From UHGV virus genome UHGV-0382853: DNA of 40,325 bases, one strand, 5' to 3'. Positions 11,266 to 20,097 of this stretch are shown here, one piece after another. The first letter of the stretch is position 1. Each line of letters begins with the position of its first letter. The translations under genes were made by a program, and so were the position numbers. Below the pieces are notes generated by a model. It did not search any database and was not told the origin of the DNA. It worked only from the letters and a program-made list of their open reading frames with translations. Source of the DNA: a virus.

Positions 11266-11315
11266 ATACACTCCTGCAATAAAGGGGCCGAAGCCCCTTG
11301 TCTGATCCGCGAGGC

Positions 11316-11651
11316 TTACACGCCCAGTTCTTTACGCTTATCTGCGATCTTCTCGCGGAGCGTTTCAGCTTTGGCGTTATGGTGTGGCTTCTCGTTAAAG
11401 AGCAATTCGTACTCTTCACGGAGCTTATCCAGTTCACCATCATCTGACACATCGTTGATGATTTTGGTGCTGGTTGCTGCCATTGACACCTTTACTGCAA
11501 CTTTTGCTTTTGCCTGTCTGGCTGCATCGTTAACAGGTTCCAGTGCGCTACCAGGCTCACCTTCGTATTCGATTTCTGCCCCCTCCGGCCACAGTGTGTT
11601 ATGGATATGAGAGAGGCGCAGAACGCGGTATCTTGGTTTCTCACCTGACAT
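11316..11651 (-). CDS. hypothetical virion-module protein
   Basis: Start moved to ATG 11651 with AAGGTGA SD; charged, coiled-coil-like C-terminus. Confidence 0.4.
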   Translation of the reverse strand: MSGEKPRYRVLRLSHIHNTLWPEGAEIEYEGEPGSALEPVNDAARQAKAKVAVKVSMAATSTKIINDVSDDGELDKLREEYELLFNEKPHHNAKAETLREKIADKRKELGV

Positions 11652-11661
11652 CGATATCACC

Positions 11662-12099
11662 TTAACCAGTTACTTTTGAGCGGATCGGGTACGGCGTATT
11701 GGCATCAACATCCAGACTGATACCCGCAGTGAATTTGCCGGCCGTTAGTGGGCCAGTTGCGACGGAGTAGTTAACACGCAGATATCGCTGAACACCGGCT
11801 GGCACCTTTGCAGAAACAACTCGCTTACCTGCTGTCAGGGTGGCCTTTGCCAACGCACCACTATCATAAATAGTGGTCCAAGAGCTGTTATTCTCACTCG
11901 TCTGCAACTGGATGTTTACAGTTGCCTCACCACTTGCCGTGGCGGCTTCGTTAACCAGCCCCCAAAACTCAAGCGGGTAACCCACACCGATATCGCGACG
12001 GTTTCCATCAATTGGACCGAGATCGATTACGTCAGTAGAAGCCGCGGTATCAGTTACCGCCTGTGCTTCGGAGAACATCAACAGTTTGTCGGTGATCAT
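11662..12099 (-). CDS. hypothetical capsid-associated protein (possible decoration protein)
   Basis: 145-aa ORF immediately after the major capsid gene; GGAGAAAG SD; beta-rich composition. Confidence 0.35.
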   Translation of the reverse strand: MITDKLLMFSEAQAVTDTAASTDVIDLGPIDGNRRDIGVGYPLEFWGLVNEAATASGEATVNIQLQTSENNSSWTTIYDSGALAKATLTAGKRVVSAKVPAGVQRYLRVNYSVATGPLTAGKFTAGISLDVDANTPYPIRSKVTG

Positions 12100-12150
12100 C
12101 TTCTTTCTCCATTAGTGGGTCTGTTACGACCCACAGGTTAATAACAGGCG

Positions 12151-13137
12151 TTACACCACGCGGGCTTCTGTTTCCAGAAGCGCATCAGTTTCACGGATTG
12201 GTACACCACGGAATGACGTCCACCACTCGCCTTCAGTCTCTTTTACGCTAATCGCCAGAGATGTTTTCTCCAGAGACTGCAGATCAAGAGCCTGGCCTAC
12301 AGTGCGGTTCATGTAGAACACCGGGCGACCCATGCCACGGTTTGGAATGCGATGCAGTGCTTTAACCATCAACTTCGCAATATTTGCGGCAGAGGAAGGT
12401 TCTGAAAGATTGCTGACATCGATGTTTGCAATGCGAACAACATAACGCCAGTCACGCAGAGCAAGTCCGTTATCCCATTTGTAATGGGTGCGATAGCCTT
12501 CGTACTTGCCGCCATTAGCATCTTCCAGTGTCACCTGGCCTTTATCTTCCATCTGGATGCCAGCCTTCTGCCCTTTCGGGAAGATGCCATGCACGGTGTT
12601 TTCGCCCCACACTACTAACCAGATTGAGGTGTTATCTGTACCCGTGCCACCAGCATCAATGATGTTCTGAGCATTACCCGCAGACAGGCTGGAATAGCGG
12701 GAGGACAGTCCCATAAACTGCTGAGGGTTAACGCTGGAATCACCATAAAACAGTGTCTGCGCCATCTGCTGATTCATCGCTTCAATAAATGCGCGGTCTT
12801 CAGACAGGCGGAATTCGGCGGTATTACCGTTCAGATCAGCCAGTGACTTATCGACTTCAGCATAGGTTTCCAGCATTCCAACGGAATCGGTGACCTGCAC
12901 TGTGGTTGATTTGCTTGGCTGTACGCCATAGTTCAGCAAACGCCAGGTGGCTGAAGGTAAACCAGAACGAATGGTGGTTCGGTGTCCGGTAGGAAGGTTC
13001 CCTTCGACAAAAGGCATATCCTGAAGGATCGGGTTAGTTTGACCGAGAAGCTCGATAATCTTATCGACTTTCCCGTTTGGATCGACGCGCTTACCCCAGT
13101 CAGCCAGCGTTAGCGCAGTTAAGCCTTTAACAGCCAT
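12151..13137 (-). CDS. major capsid protein
   Basis: About 330 aa, directly downstream of the scaffold gene, strong SD (AGAGAGG) positioned for the ATG at 13137; typical capsid size and position. Confidence 0.7.
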   Translation of the reverse strand: MAVKGLTALTLADWGKRVDPNGKVDKIIELLGQTNPILQDMPFVEGNLPTGHRTTIRSGLPSATWRLLNYGVQPSKSTTVQVTDSVGMLETYAEVDKSLADLNGNTAEFRLSEDRAFIEAMNQQMAQTLFYGDSSVNPQQFMGLSSRYSSLSAGNAQNIIDAGGTGTDNTSIWLVVWGENTVHGIFPKGQKAGIQMEDKGQVTLEDANGGKYEGYRTHYKWDNGLALRDWRYVVRIANIDVSNLSEPSSAANIAKLMVKALHRIPNRGMGRPVFYMNRTVGQALDLQSLEKTSLAISVKETEGEWWTSFRGVPIRETDALLETEARVV

Positions 13138-13151
13138 TGTCATTTCCTCTC

Positions 13152-13847
13152 TTATTTGCCATAGAGCACTTCGGCCGCACTACGCTGGCCTTCATTACCA
13201 CCGGTGACCATGCCATCTTCAGACATCGCCTTTCCGATTTTCACGAACGTTTTGACCAGATCAGGGTGATTACCCAGTCCGGTGGTGTTCAGATATTCTT
13301 TGAGTTCAGGTGTCCCGAACTGGTCAAGCGCACGCTGTGCGGCGCTAAGGTTAGAAATCAACTTGTCGCCACCGATTTCTTTGTCAGCTTTTACATCCGC
13401 AGCCCACTGCTCGGTTGTTTTCTGCCAGGCTTCTGCCTGGCGCTGCTGAACACCTGCCAGAATCTTCGGATAAGCATCAACCAGCTTTTGCGCTTGCTCG
13501 TTGGTCAGGTTTAGTTCTCGCGCCACCGGCTCGAATTCCTTCAACGCTTCTGTATCCAGCTCTACGCCTTCGGCAGCCTGAAACTCGTACTTCTCAGGCG
13601 CACCCTCTGGTTTATCGCCGCCCTTTTTTTCATCCTGCTTATCGTTTTCAGGCTTTTTGTCATCAGCAGGTTTATCGCCATCAGCAACAGGTTGTGGCTT
13701 ATCACCTTCCGGTTGTGATGGATCACCAACTGGAGCAGGGTTATCACCTGCAGGCGCTGACGGTTCTGACGCAGCCGGAGCTGCTCCACCATCGACTGGT
13801 TGCTCATTGCAAAGACGGCGATACAGCAAACGCTCAAATAAATTCAT
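13152..13847 (-). CDS. scaffolding protein
   Basis: Acidic, Pro/Asp/Lys-rich low-complexity N-terminal half and helical C-terminus; lies between portal and capsid; start moved to ATG 13847 with CAGGAGTGA SD. Confidence 0.6.
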   Translation of the reverse strand: MNLFERLLYRRLCNEQPVDGGAAPAASEPSAPAGDNPAPVGDPSQPEGDKPQPVADGDKPADDKKPENDKQDEKKGGDKPEGAPEKYEFQAAEGVELDTEALKEFEPVARELNLTNEQAQKLVDAYPKILAGVQQRQAEAWQKTTEQWAADVKADKEIGGDKLISNLSAAQRALDQFGTPELKEYLNTTGLGNHPDLVKTFVKIGKAMSEDGMVTGGNEGQRSAAEVLYGK

Positions 13848-13849
13848 GA

Positions 13850-14146
13850 TCACTCCTGTTCACTGGCCTCTTTGGCCATCTTCAAATACTGTTCAGGGCA
13901 ATGCGCCATAACGCGCTGAAACAGTTCCAGCGCCAGATTGCGTTGCCCCTCATTAAATGCCATTGCCATAGAGTCCATCGGTGAGATAGCGGAAAACACA
14001 CGGCCTTTCTCCAGCACCGACCAGACAACGCGACGCCCCTGTTCACTGCTCATGACAAAGCGAATGTCATCAATTTCACGCTGTGCCATGTCACATTGCT
14101 TACGGGCGTTTTCTTCTTTCAGTTGATCATCTTCGTAATCTGTCAT
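13850..14146 (-). CDS. hypothetical head-assembly protein
   Basis: 98-aa acidic ORF coupled to the portal stop (ATGA overlap). Confidence 0.4.
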   Translation of the reverse strand: MTDYEDDQLKEENARKQCDMAQREIDDIRFVMSSEQGRRVVWSVLEKGRVFSAISPMDSMAMAFNEGQRNLALELFQRVMAHCPEQYLKMAKEASEQE

Positions 14147-15822
14147 TGTGATTGCCCACCCTGACCACTAACTGCATTCGCCATAGCTGACAAAACACTC
14201 GGATCCGAAGTTTTAGCTTCGCTTAGCGTCTTGGCACCCTGTGCCGCCGCCATCCCCATCGCCATCATTTGTTGCTGCTGTTGTTGCTGTGCCCGTTGCT
14301 GGCGAGCCTGCTCAACCTGTTCCTGCGGAACAATGACGGTTGGAGACACTCCAGACATATCAGCGAATGCATCGATCGCCTGATCAACGTTGAGTTTGTC
14401 GAGAGCTTCTGGTTTCGCTTGCGCAAGTTGACCAATGAAGTTAACCGTGGATGCCAGACTGGACAGGCCGATAGACTTCTGCGCCTGAGCCATGACGGAA
14501 ATGTATTCGACCTTCAGGGGCATGCCTTCCATCGCGTCAGGCGGTGGCGGCAACATGTTTTTACGCACCATCATCGAGAAAGCGCGGTCAATGAGAGGAT
14601 TAAGACATTCGTCGTTCAGACGCTCCAGAACCGGCCCCAACATCAGAAGTTTTTCTTCTTTCATTTCGATCACCGCTTCAACAGGCATCGAGCGGGTATT
14701 GATGTTCTGCAACATCATGAACAGATCGACAAAGTAGGCGCTGTTAATGATTTGACGAGTGTCCTGAATGTCTGCCACCAAATCTGCTGTACTGGGGTTA
14801 ACCAGATAAGCAGGCCTGAAGCCATCCTGACCAGTAATCTGATCGATATACGTGATGTCGCCAGGAAGAAGGGAGGCGCGCTGATTCTTGAGGGAAGTCG
14901 GAGCAACCATCGGAGGATTGGTGGCTTTATCAATCAACTGCGACTTGCGCTTCTGGAGAAGCTGCAATGCCTTAACAGGTCCAAGCGCCAGCATACCCGG
15001 GCATGATGATCCATAAACATCTTCGCCGTTAACTTCCCAGCGCGGAGCCATAATTGGAAACTCATCGAATCCGGACTCACGCAACAACTTGTCGTTATCG
15101 CCACCAACCTCGTAATAAACCGATTTGAATGGCTTGTTCTTGCTATCCAGCTTCGATGTATCGCGGTCAATGTTCGGGTAAACCGAATGCATCACTTCAA
15201 TCCACTTCTCGTAGGTGCCGCTTTCCCACATGCTTTTTACGGATTCGCTGACGTTATTTAGTCCGAATTCCTGAACAAGCTGACGAACAGTCATAGAGAA
15301 CTTGCGAAAACAGGTGTCCACACTGCCACGAGGTGAGTTAGCCAGGTAGTAACTTCCTATCGGGAATGGCATTGTACGAATGATGTCCTCGTCATCCTCC
15401 AGCACCGCCATTGCACCGGTGCTGTATGTGCCGAGGCTTCCGTATAACTGCGGCAGCGACTGATAGAGATTCGACTTATTGAACATATCGTTCATGCGGT
15501 TCTGCACTGCCTCAAGCCACAACTTAACAGGGCCATAATCCATCATTTCAGGATCTGGCGTAGCCAGGCGAAACCACGGACGCGCGGGGCTTGTGATGCC
15601 CGACATCATGCCGCTGGCGAGAGTGCGCGCCGCCATAGTCCCAGTCGAATCAATAATGCGTGTATTGCGTCGATCGTTACGGTTGACCTCAGAAGTCAGA
15701 AAGCGGGAACCACGCGGGTTGATGTAATCACTCAACTCGCGCCAGTGCGGCTCGAACGACTGACGCTCGCTTTCAAGTTGTGCGAACTGTTTGTTCAATC
15801 GCTCTTTAGTTGTTTCCGCCAT
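14143..15822 (-). CDS. portal protein
   Basis: 559 aa, downstream of terminase, Gln/Ala-rich C-terminus; GGAGT SD; size and position typical. Confidence 0.75.
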   Translation of the reverse strand: MAETTKERLNKQFAQLESERQSFEPHWRELSDYINPRGSRFLTSEVNRNDRRNTRIIDSTGTMAARTLASGMMSGITSPARPWFRLATPDPEMMDYGPVKLWLEAVQNRMNDMFNKSNLYQSLPQLYGSLGTYSTGAMAVLEDDEDIIRTMPFPIGSYYLANSPRGSVDTCFRKFSMTVRQLVQEFGLNNVSESVKSMWESGTYEKWIEVMHSVYPNIDRDTSKLDSKNKPFKSVYYEVGGDNDKLLRESGFDEFPIMAPRWEVNGEDVYGSSCPGMLALGPVKALQLLQKRKSQLIDKATNPPMVAPTSLKNQRASLLPGDITYIDQITGQDGFRPAYLVNPSTADLVADIQDTRQIINSAYFVDLFMMLQNINTRSMPVEAVIEMKEEKLLMLGPVLERLNDECLNPLIDRAFSMMVRKNMLPPPPDAMEGMPLKVEYISVMAQAQKSIGLSSLASTVNFIGQLAQAKPEALDKLNVDQAIDAFADMSGVSPTVIVPQEQVEQARQQRAQQQQQQQMMAMGMAAAQGAKTLSEAKTSDPSVLSAMANAVSGQGGQSQ

Positions 15823-15836
15823 TTCAATGACTCCGG

Positions 15837-16043
15837 TTACTGACCAAGCAGCGTTTTACCGCTGGTATTAGCGGTTGATGTGTCGCCCTGAGAACCGGTA
15901 AGCAGCGTAGAACTACGACCAGCAGCAACGCGACGGCGACGAGTTTCTTCGTCGCGGGCATCAACAACGGCGGCATCCTGCTCCTGTGGTGCTGCCTGAA
16001 CTTCTGGTGTTGCAGGCACTGATGGTGAGCTACCCATGCACAT
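15837..16043 (-). CDS. hypothetical small protein
   Basis: 68 aa; the sequence just upstream of its start is nearly identical to that upstream of the portal start (shared tcaatgactcc 11-mer on + strand). Confidence 0.3.
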   Translation of the reverse strand: MCMGSSPSVPATPEVQAAPQEQDAAVVDARDEETRRRRVAAGRSSTLLTGSQGDTSTANTSGKTLLGQ

Positions 16044-16133
16044 ATCAATGACTCCGTACGCAATTAAATTATTACCAATTTAACCACATATGATTTATTT
16101 ATCGTAGATAGTTGACATTTAACGCACAAATTA

Positions 16134-16148
16134 TTACCTTTAAGGTAA
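16134..16148. promoter_or_regulatory. TTACC-N5-GGTAA palindrome (putative operator) upstream of the portal-side transcription unit
   Basis: ttacctttaaggtaa; TTGACA-like hexamer at 16112-16117. Confidence 0.5.
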
Positions 16149-16470
16149 CCAAAGAGTTCATTCCGGTTACTAACCTGACTGGCTTGTCGTTAAATTGAAC
16201 AGGTGGAGTGAGCTTTTATTTTGAGCAGTACGGCGTATGGCACATGCGCCGATAGCGGTCTGGATACGTTTAAGGGGCACCCTCCCTTGCTCGGGCAAAC
16301 GAACCAGGTAGCCGGAATGTGCAAGTCGAGCGGTTTTATTCCGCGCACGGGGATTCACCATCCCGGCGATTCGGTGTGACGCCTCGGAAGAGACGAGGGT
16401 ACAACGATGAGAGCATTTATGGAGCCGCGACAAAGTGTGGCGCCTTAACAGGCTAAGTGCTCTCAGCGTT

Positions 16471-16547
16471 GTGGCATTAGCTCAGTTGGACAGAGCAACC
16501 GCCTTCTAAGCGGTTGGTCGCAGGTTCGAATCCTGCATGCCACGCCA
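16471..16547 (+). tRNA. tRNA-Arg (anticodon TCT, reads AGA)
   Basis: Cloverleaf by eye: acceptor stem gtggcat/atgccac, anticodon loop cTTCTAAg, T-arm ggttcgaatcc, 3' CCA encoded. Confidence 0.85.
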
Positions 16548-16590
16548 GAATCACGCCTAAGGACCGTGATGCCAGAAGTTCCAGGGGCTT

Positions 16591-16632
16591 GGCGGTGATG
16601 GTTTCCCTTGAATGACTATCACCGCCCTTTTT
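16591..16632 (+). terminator. possible terminator hairpin after the tRNA
   Basis: ggcggtgat...atcaccgcc followed by cttttt; large loop, so weak. Confidence 0.3.
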
Positions 16633-16710
16633 ACAGCAGGACGCCATTGCGATGACTTCATGCTGTAAACCAGTACAGCCACGGAAGGCATAACTCATTG
16701 CTTCCAGTTC

Positions 16711-16734
16711 GCCCGGTTCGCCGGGCATTTTTTT
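16711..16734 (+). terminator. rho-independent terminator
   Basis: gcccgg-ttcg-ccgggc followed by attttttt. Confidence 0.6.
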
Positions 16735-16745
16735 AAGGTGAGATT

Positions 16746-17117
16746 ATGAACGACCAGCAAATCGAAAAAGAAATCGTTGAGAAAGGCAAAACTGCTCCGC
16801 GCGTTACGCCAGACCATATCGAAAGCATTATTGCTCAGGAGGCATATTTCACAGCAGAGGATGGTGCCTTTGGCAAAGCCATAAAAGCGAAACATACTGG
16901 CGGAGAGGTAAACTACCAGCCGCACGAATCACTTTCTCTGCTGACGTTCTGCGTCCTGGTGCTGCGCAACGGCTTCACCGTCACCGGAGAGAGCGCCTGT
17001 GCAAGCCCGGAAAACTTTGATGCAGAAATTGGTCGGAAGATTGCCCGGCAGAATGCTGTAAACAAAATCTGGATGCTTGAAGGTTACTTGCTGAAGCAGA
17101 AGTTAAGCGAGCAATAA
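16746..17117 (+). CDS. Gp49-like phage protein (Phage_gp49_66 family), moron
   Basis: 123 aa; N-terminal MNDQQIEKEIVEKGKTAPRVTPDHIE pattern typical of this family; opposite strand to flanking late genes; has its own SD. Confidence 0.55.
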   Translation: MNDQQIEKEIVEKGKTAPRVTPDHIESIIAQEAYFTAEDGAFGKAIKAKHTGGEVNYQPHESLSLLTFCVLVLRNGFTVTGESACASPENFDAEIGRKIARQNAVNKIWMLEGYLLKQKLSEQ

Positions 17118-17137
17118 CACCGTGACATGTCATAAAC

Positions 17138-17164
17138 AGCCAGCCTATGAGCTGGCTTTGTTTT
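17138..17164. terminator. bidirectional terminator between Gp49-like gene and terminase
   Basis: agccagc-ctatga-gctggct followed by ttgtttt; A-rich on the other side. Confidence 0.5.
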
Positions 17165-17207
17165 ATCCTCACCAGAGGATATCAATGACATTATCCCCAC
17201 CAGCGGA

Positions 17208-18683
17208 TTAAGCATAGGGATCGTAATCTGTAATGGCCTTGCCTTGCTGGTTCTGCTGCCCGGGAAGTCGCAGGCGCTTTGACACCGGGAAAGCAAACGT
17301 CAGCAGTAGCGCATCGCCTTTACCAGGAGAACGCCCAAGACGCTCTTTGATATCTTCCTTCGGTTCGATAACGATTTTACCGTCCACACGAACTTTGTAC
17401 TCTGCCGCCGACAGGTCGTCTGCAGTTTCCTGGTCATCCAGCATGCCGCCCAGCCTCAGCCATGTCTTACATGAGTTGAACATCTCCCCACGCTTGTTAA
17501 GCATCTGCGGGTCAGTGGACGCACCGCCGAACGGAACAAGTTGCCATGTACGCCCCCAGCCATCACCGATTGACTTCAAACCGGTTCCGTAACCGAAGTC
17601 GATGAACACCGCGTCAGCCTGATACTGGTCTTCAAAGTCAGCGATACGCTTCGCCATTATCAGATCGTCAGTGGTCTTGTTGCCAGTCCACAGCACCTTA
17701 CTGTGCAGCCCCTGCCGCAGGTATATCACAGCGTCATCAACTCCGGAGTATGCCGGGTCAACGCCGATTATCACCGGAGCATGTGCAACCTGCGCAGCGG
17801 TTACCACCCGTTTCATTGCCTCATCAGTAAGACCGGTAGGGATAAACTGCAATTCAGATGCATCAGGGAATATGCCGCGCACACGGATTTTAACGAAGTC
17901 GCTGTCTTCCCCGTAGTCATCAACCCATTTCTGCAACTGCTGTTTGTTAGTGCCTTCCACCGTCCGGCTGTCAATCTGCGCAGTTTTCCAGCGGTGTTTG
18001 TATTTGCGGAAACATTCGCGAAAACGCCCGGTGTTACGTGTAGGGTTTCCGAACGCCACCCAGATAATCTCAGTGTCTTCGTCCGTTAGCGCACCCTCGG
18101 CAACTTCCCACACCAGATCCGCAATGTTCGACGCTTCATCGAATACCACGATGATGCGTTTGCGCTCGTTGTGTAGTCCGGCGAATGCCTCAGTGTTGTG
18201 CTCAGACCAGGGGATTGCGTCAGCTCGCCACCGTTTGTCGTGCCCAGGATCATTGCTGTACATCGCGGTAGCGGTACAGGTAAACCAGTCTTTCGTGATA
18301 GCAAGGTTCGACCACTTGATAATTTCCGGCCAGGTCTTCGTTCGTAGCTGGTTGTCGGTGTTGGCGGTCACCACGACCTTACAATCCTCGCAAGTGGACA
18401 TGCCCCAGTTGATCAGCATTGAGATGAATGCGGATTTACCAATACCGTGACCAGAAGCGCGTGCCAGCATAAGCGGCTGATAGCGCGTCTCTGGATTCTG
18501 CAGGTGATCACGTATCTCTCTGAACGCATCGGCCTGCCACTGACGTGGACCGGTGGCATGTGCCAGTTCAGTACCCTCTTCCCCCCACGGGAACGCATAG
18601 AGGGCATAGCCAAGCGGATCGTGAGTGAACCCTGCAATATCCTCGATTAACTGCTCTTCAGGAGATAACGCTGTATCTGTCAC
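17208..18683 (-). CDS. terminase large subunit
   Basis: 491 aa; Walker A-like ASGHGIGKS; GTG start overlapping the small-subunit stop. Confidence 0.85.
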   Translation of the reverse strand: MTDTALSPEEQLIEDIAGFTHDPLGYALYAFPWGEEGTELAHATGPRQWQADAFREIRDHLQNPETRYQPLMLARASGHGIGKSAFISMLINWGMSTCEDCKVVVTANTDNQLRTKTWPEIIKWSNLAITKDWFTCTATAMYSNDPGHDKRWRADAIPWSEHNTEAFAGLHNERKRIIVVFDEASNIADLVWEVAEGALTDEDTEIIWVAFGNPTRNTGRFRECFRKYKHRWKTAQIDSRTVEGTNKQQLQKWVDDYGEDSDFVKIRVRGIFPDASELQFIPTGLTDEAMKRVVTAAQVAHAPVIIGVDPAYSGVDDAVIYLRQGLHSKVLWTGNKTTDDLIMAKRIADFEDQYQADAVFIDFGYGTGLKSIGDGWGRTWQLVPFGGASTDPQMLNKRGEMFNSCKTWLRLGGMLDDQETADDLSAAEYKVRVDGKIVIEPKEDIKERLGRSPGKGDALLLTFAFPVSKRLRLPGQQNQQGKAITDYDPYA

Positions 18684-19276
18684 TGATTGCCATCCTGACG
18701 TTCTTTCAGTCTCTTCCTGGCTGCCGCTATGCGATCAGCAATTGTCACATTCACATTAACATCCAGGCGTTCTTTGAACGCGTTGACGTCGACGTGCTTA
18801 CCAATCAGTTCGAGGTTCTTCACCTTGTCAGGCCATTTAATTTTTTTGAGGATTGTCTCTATCGAATCCTCGTCCATGTTCATGATGGTAGATGACAGAT
18901 CAAAGCCACTAAGCGTAGTGCGCCAGATTTTCGGCCACTCGCGGATTGGCTTAAGGCTTCCATCGTCGTTGAGGATATCAATCACGTCCATCTGGTCGAT
19001 CTCCACCAGGCGCATGAGAACGTAATCAGCACTGACGCGCATTCGTTTGTTGCGCTCCTCCATCAACTCGGCAATCCGTTTTTGAATGCGTTCATCGCGC
19101 ATCATGACACTGGCTTTAACTGCCGCTGTATTTGGGGAGAATCCTGCGTTAATCGCAGCCTGACTCTGGTTTTCAGGCGTTTTGATGTATGACTGGCAAT
19201 AAGCCTCCTGCATTGCTGTGAGCGGCTTAAATTGCGTTGATTTGCGTTTATAGGTTTTAGGTTCAGCAGGCATCAT
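18680..19276 (-). CDS. terminase small subunit
   Basis: Start moved to ATG 19276 (MMPAEPKTYKRK...) with GGGTGG SD; the track N-terminal extension is discarded; sits directly upstream of the large subunit. Confidence 0.65.
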   Translation of the reverse strand: MMPAEPKTYKRKSTQFKPLTAMQEAYCQSYIKTPENQSQAAINAGFSPNTAAVKASVMMRDERIQKRIAELMEERNKRMRVSADYVLMRLVEIDQMDVIDILNDDGSLKPIREWPKIWRTTLSGFDLSSTIMNMDEDSIETILKKIKWPDKVKNLELIGKHVDVNAFKERLDVNVNVTIADRIAAARKRLKERQDGNQ

Positions 19277-19293
19277 AACCACCCTGGTAATTG

Positions 19294-19308
19294 TTACCGT
19301 CGTGGTAA
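19294..19308. promoter_or_regulatory. TTACC-N5-GGTAA palindrome immediately upstream of terminase small subunit
   Basis: ttaccgtcgtggtaa between the terminator hairpin and the terminase start. Confidence 0.5.
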
Positions 19309-19320
19309 TAGTAACATGCA

Positions 19321-19345
19321 AAATAAAGCCGCCATAGTTGGCGGC
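19321..19345 (-). terminator. rho-independent terminator preceding the late (terminase) operon
   Basis: Hairpin gccgcca-tagt-tggcggc with T-tract on the minus strand (plus-strand aaataaa). Confidence 0.55.
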
Positions 19346-19394
19346 AGTATTCAAAACCCATCAAATTCATCATGCATAATCTACTCGTGACATG

Positions 19395-19733
19395 TCACAC
19401 TATTAATTTCGTTTCATGCCAGCCTTTAGTCACCCAGCATTGCGAGTCACCATTGCACGGGCATGAATTAACTGGAACTCTCTCGCCGCACTTACCGCAA
19501 CGTTTTCTGCTGATCGATTTTATACGCCCGCGCACGCGTGCATCATCCTGGCGGATCAGTAACGCTATATACTCACCAAATTCGTAAGGCGCACGCCCGG
19601 GGCGACGCGTGGCACAGTTACGCTCCAGCATTTCAATTTCCTGAGCATCAAGCACAATCTCCAGCTTACGTACACCGGATGCAGCTTGTCTGGCTCTCTG
19701 AGCGGCTTTGCGCTCTGCTGCTGATTTAGCCAT
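19395..19733 (-). CDS. zinc-ribbon protein, candidate late-gene regulator
   Basis: 112 aa; C-terminal CGKCGER...CPCNG...C cysteine cluster; last gene before terminator and terminase; AGGAAA SD. Confidence 0.4.
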   Translation of the reverse strand: MAKSAAERKAAQRARQAASGVRKLEIVLDAQEIEMLERNCATRRPGRAPYEFGEYIALLIRQDDARVRGRIKSISRKRCGKCGERVPVNSCPCNGDSQCWVTKGWHETKLIV

Positions 19734-20097
19734 TCTGATTTTCCTGCATCATGAGAAAGACAATCATGGCGGCGCGGAGTGGGTTGTTGTCTATGGTAAT
19801 AAATTTACAAAATCTATCCGCCTCCCACCAATATTCATTCTTCATTCCAGGATTATTTCTTTCGTATGCACATATGCTGATCTGATGTTTTGCGATTACA
19901 GGCCATGCAGCTCTCGGATCATTGCAGTAGTCAGGTAAAGGGTTTAATGGCTCAAAAGTTGTATCAGTATTTCCGTAATACCATTTGTTGGTGTTATTCC
20001 CTGATGTTTCCGGTTTACACGCCCAAAGGCCTTTAAAAATTATGTCTCCTACCATTCTGTTAATTTCAAAATCACTTAACTGTGAATAGTCCATCAT
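19726..20097 (-). CDS. DUF2591/NinX-like phage protein
   Basis: 123-aa ORF beginning MMDYSQLSDFEINRMVG; nin-region position. Confidence 0.4.
   Translation of the reverse strand: MMDYSQLSDFEINRMVGDIIFKGLWACKPETSGNNTNKWYYGNTDTTFEPLNPLPDYCNDPRAAWPVIAKHQISICAYERNNPGMKNEYWWEADRFCKFITIDNNPLRAAMIVFLMMQENQNG

Noticed and set aside
16170-16433. 87-aa minus-strand ORF in the region upstream of the tRNA
   Set aside because: Arg/His-rich, no SD, and it overlaps a region with dense RNA-like secondary structure; more likely non-coding.
16150-16470. Possible second tRNA next to tRNA-Arg
   Set aside because: No acceptor stem/T-loop combination could be folded by eye; only generic hairpins.
19277-19354. 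N-terminal extension of the terminase small subunit ORF
   Set aside because: The extension (MNTAANYGGFILHVTITTT...) overlaps the operator and terminator; the SD-supported ATG is at 19276.
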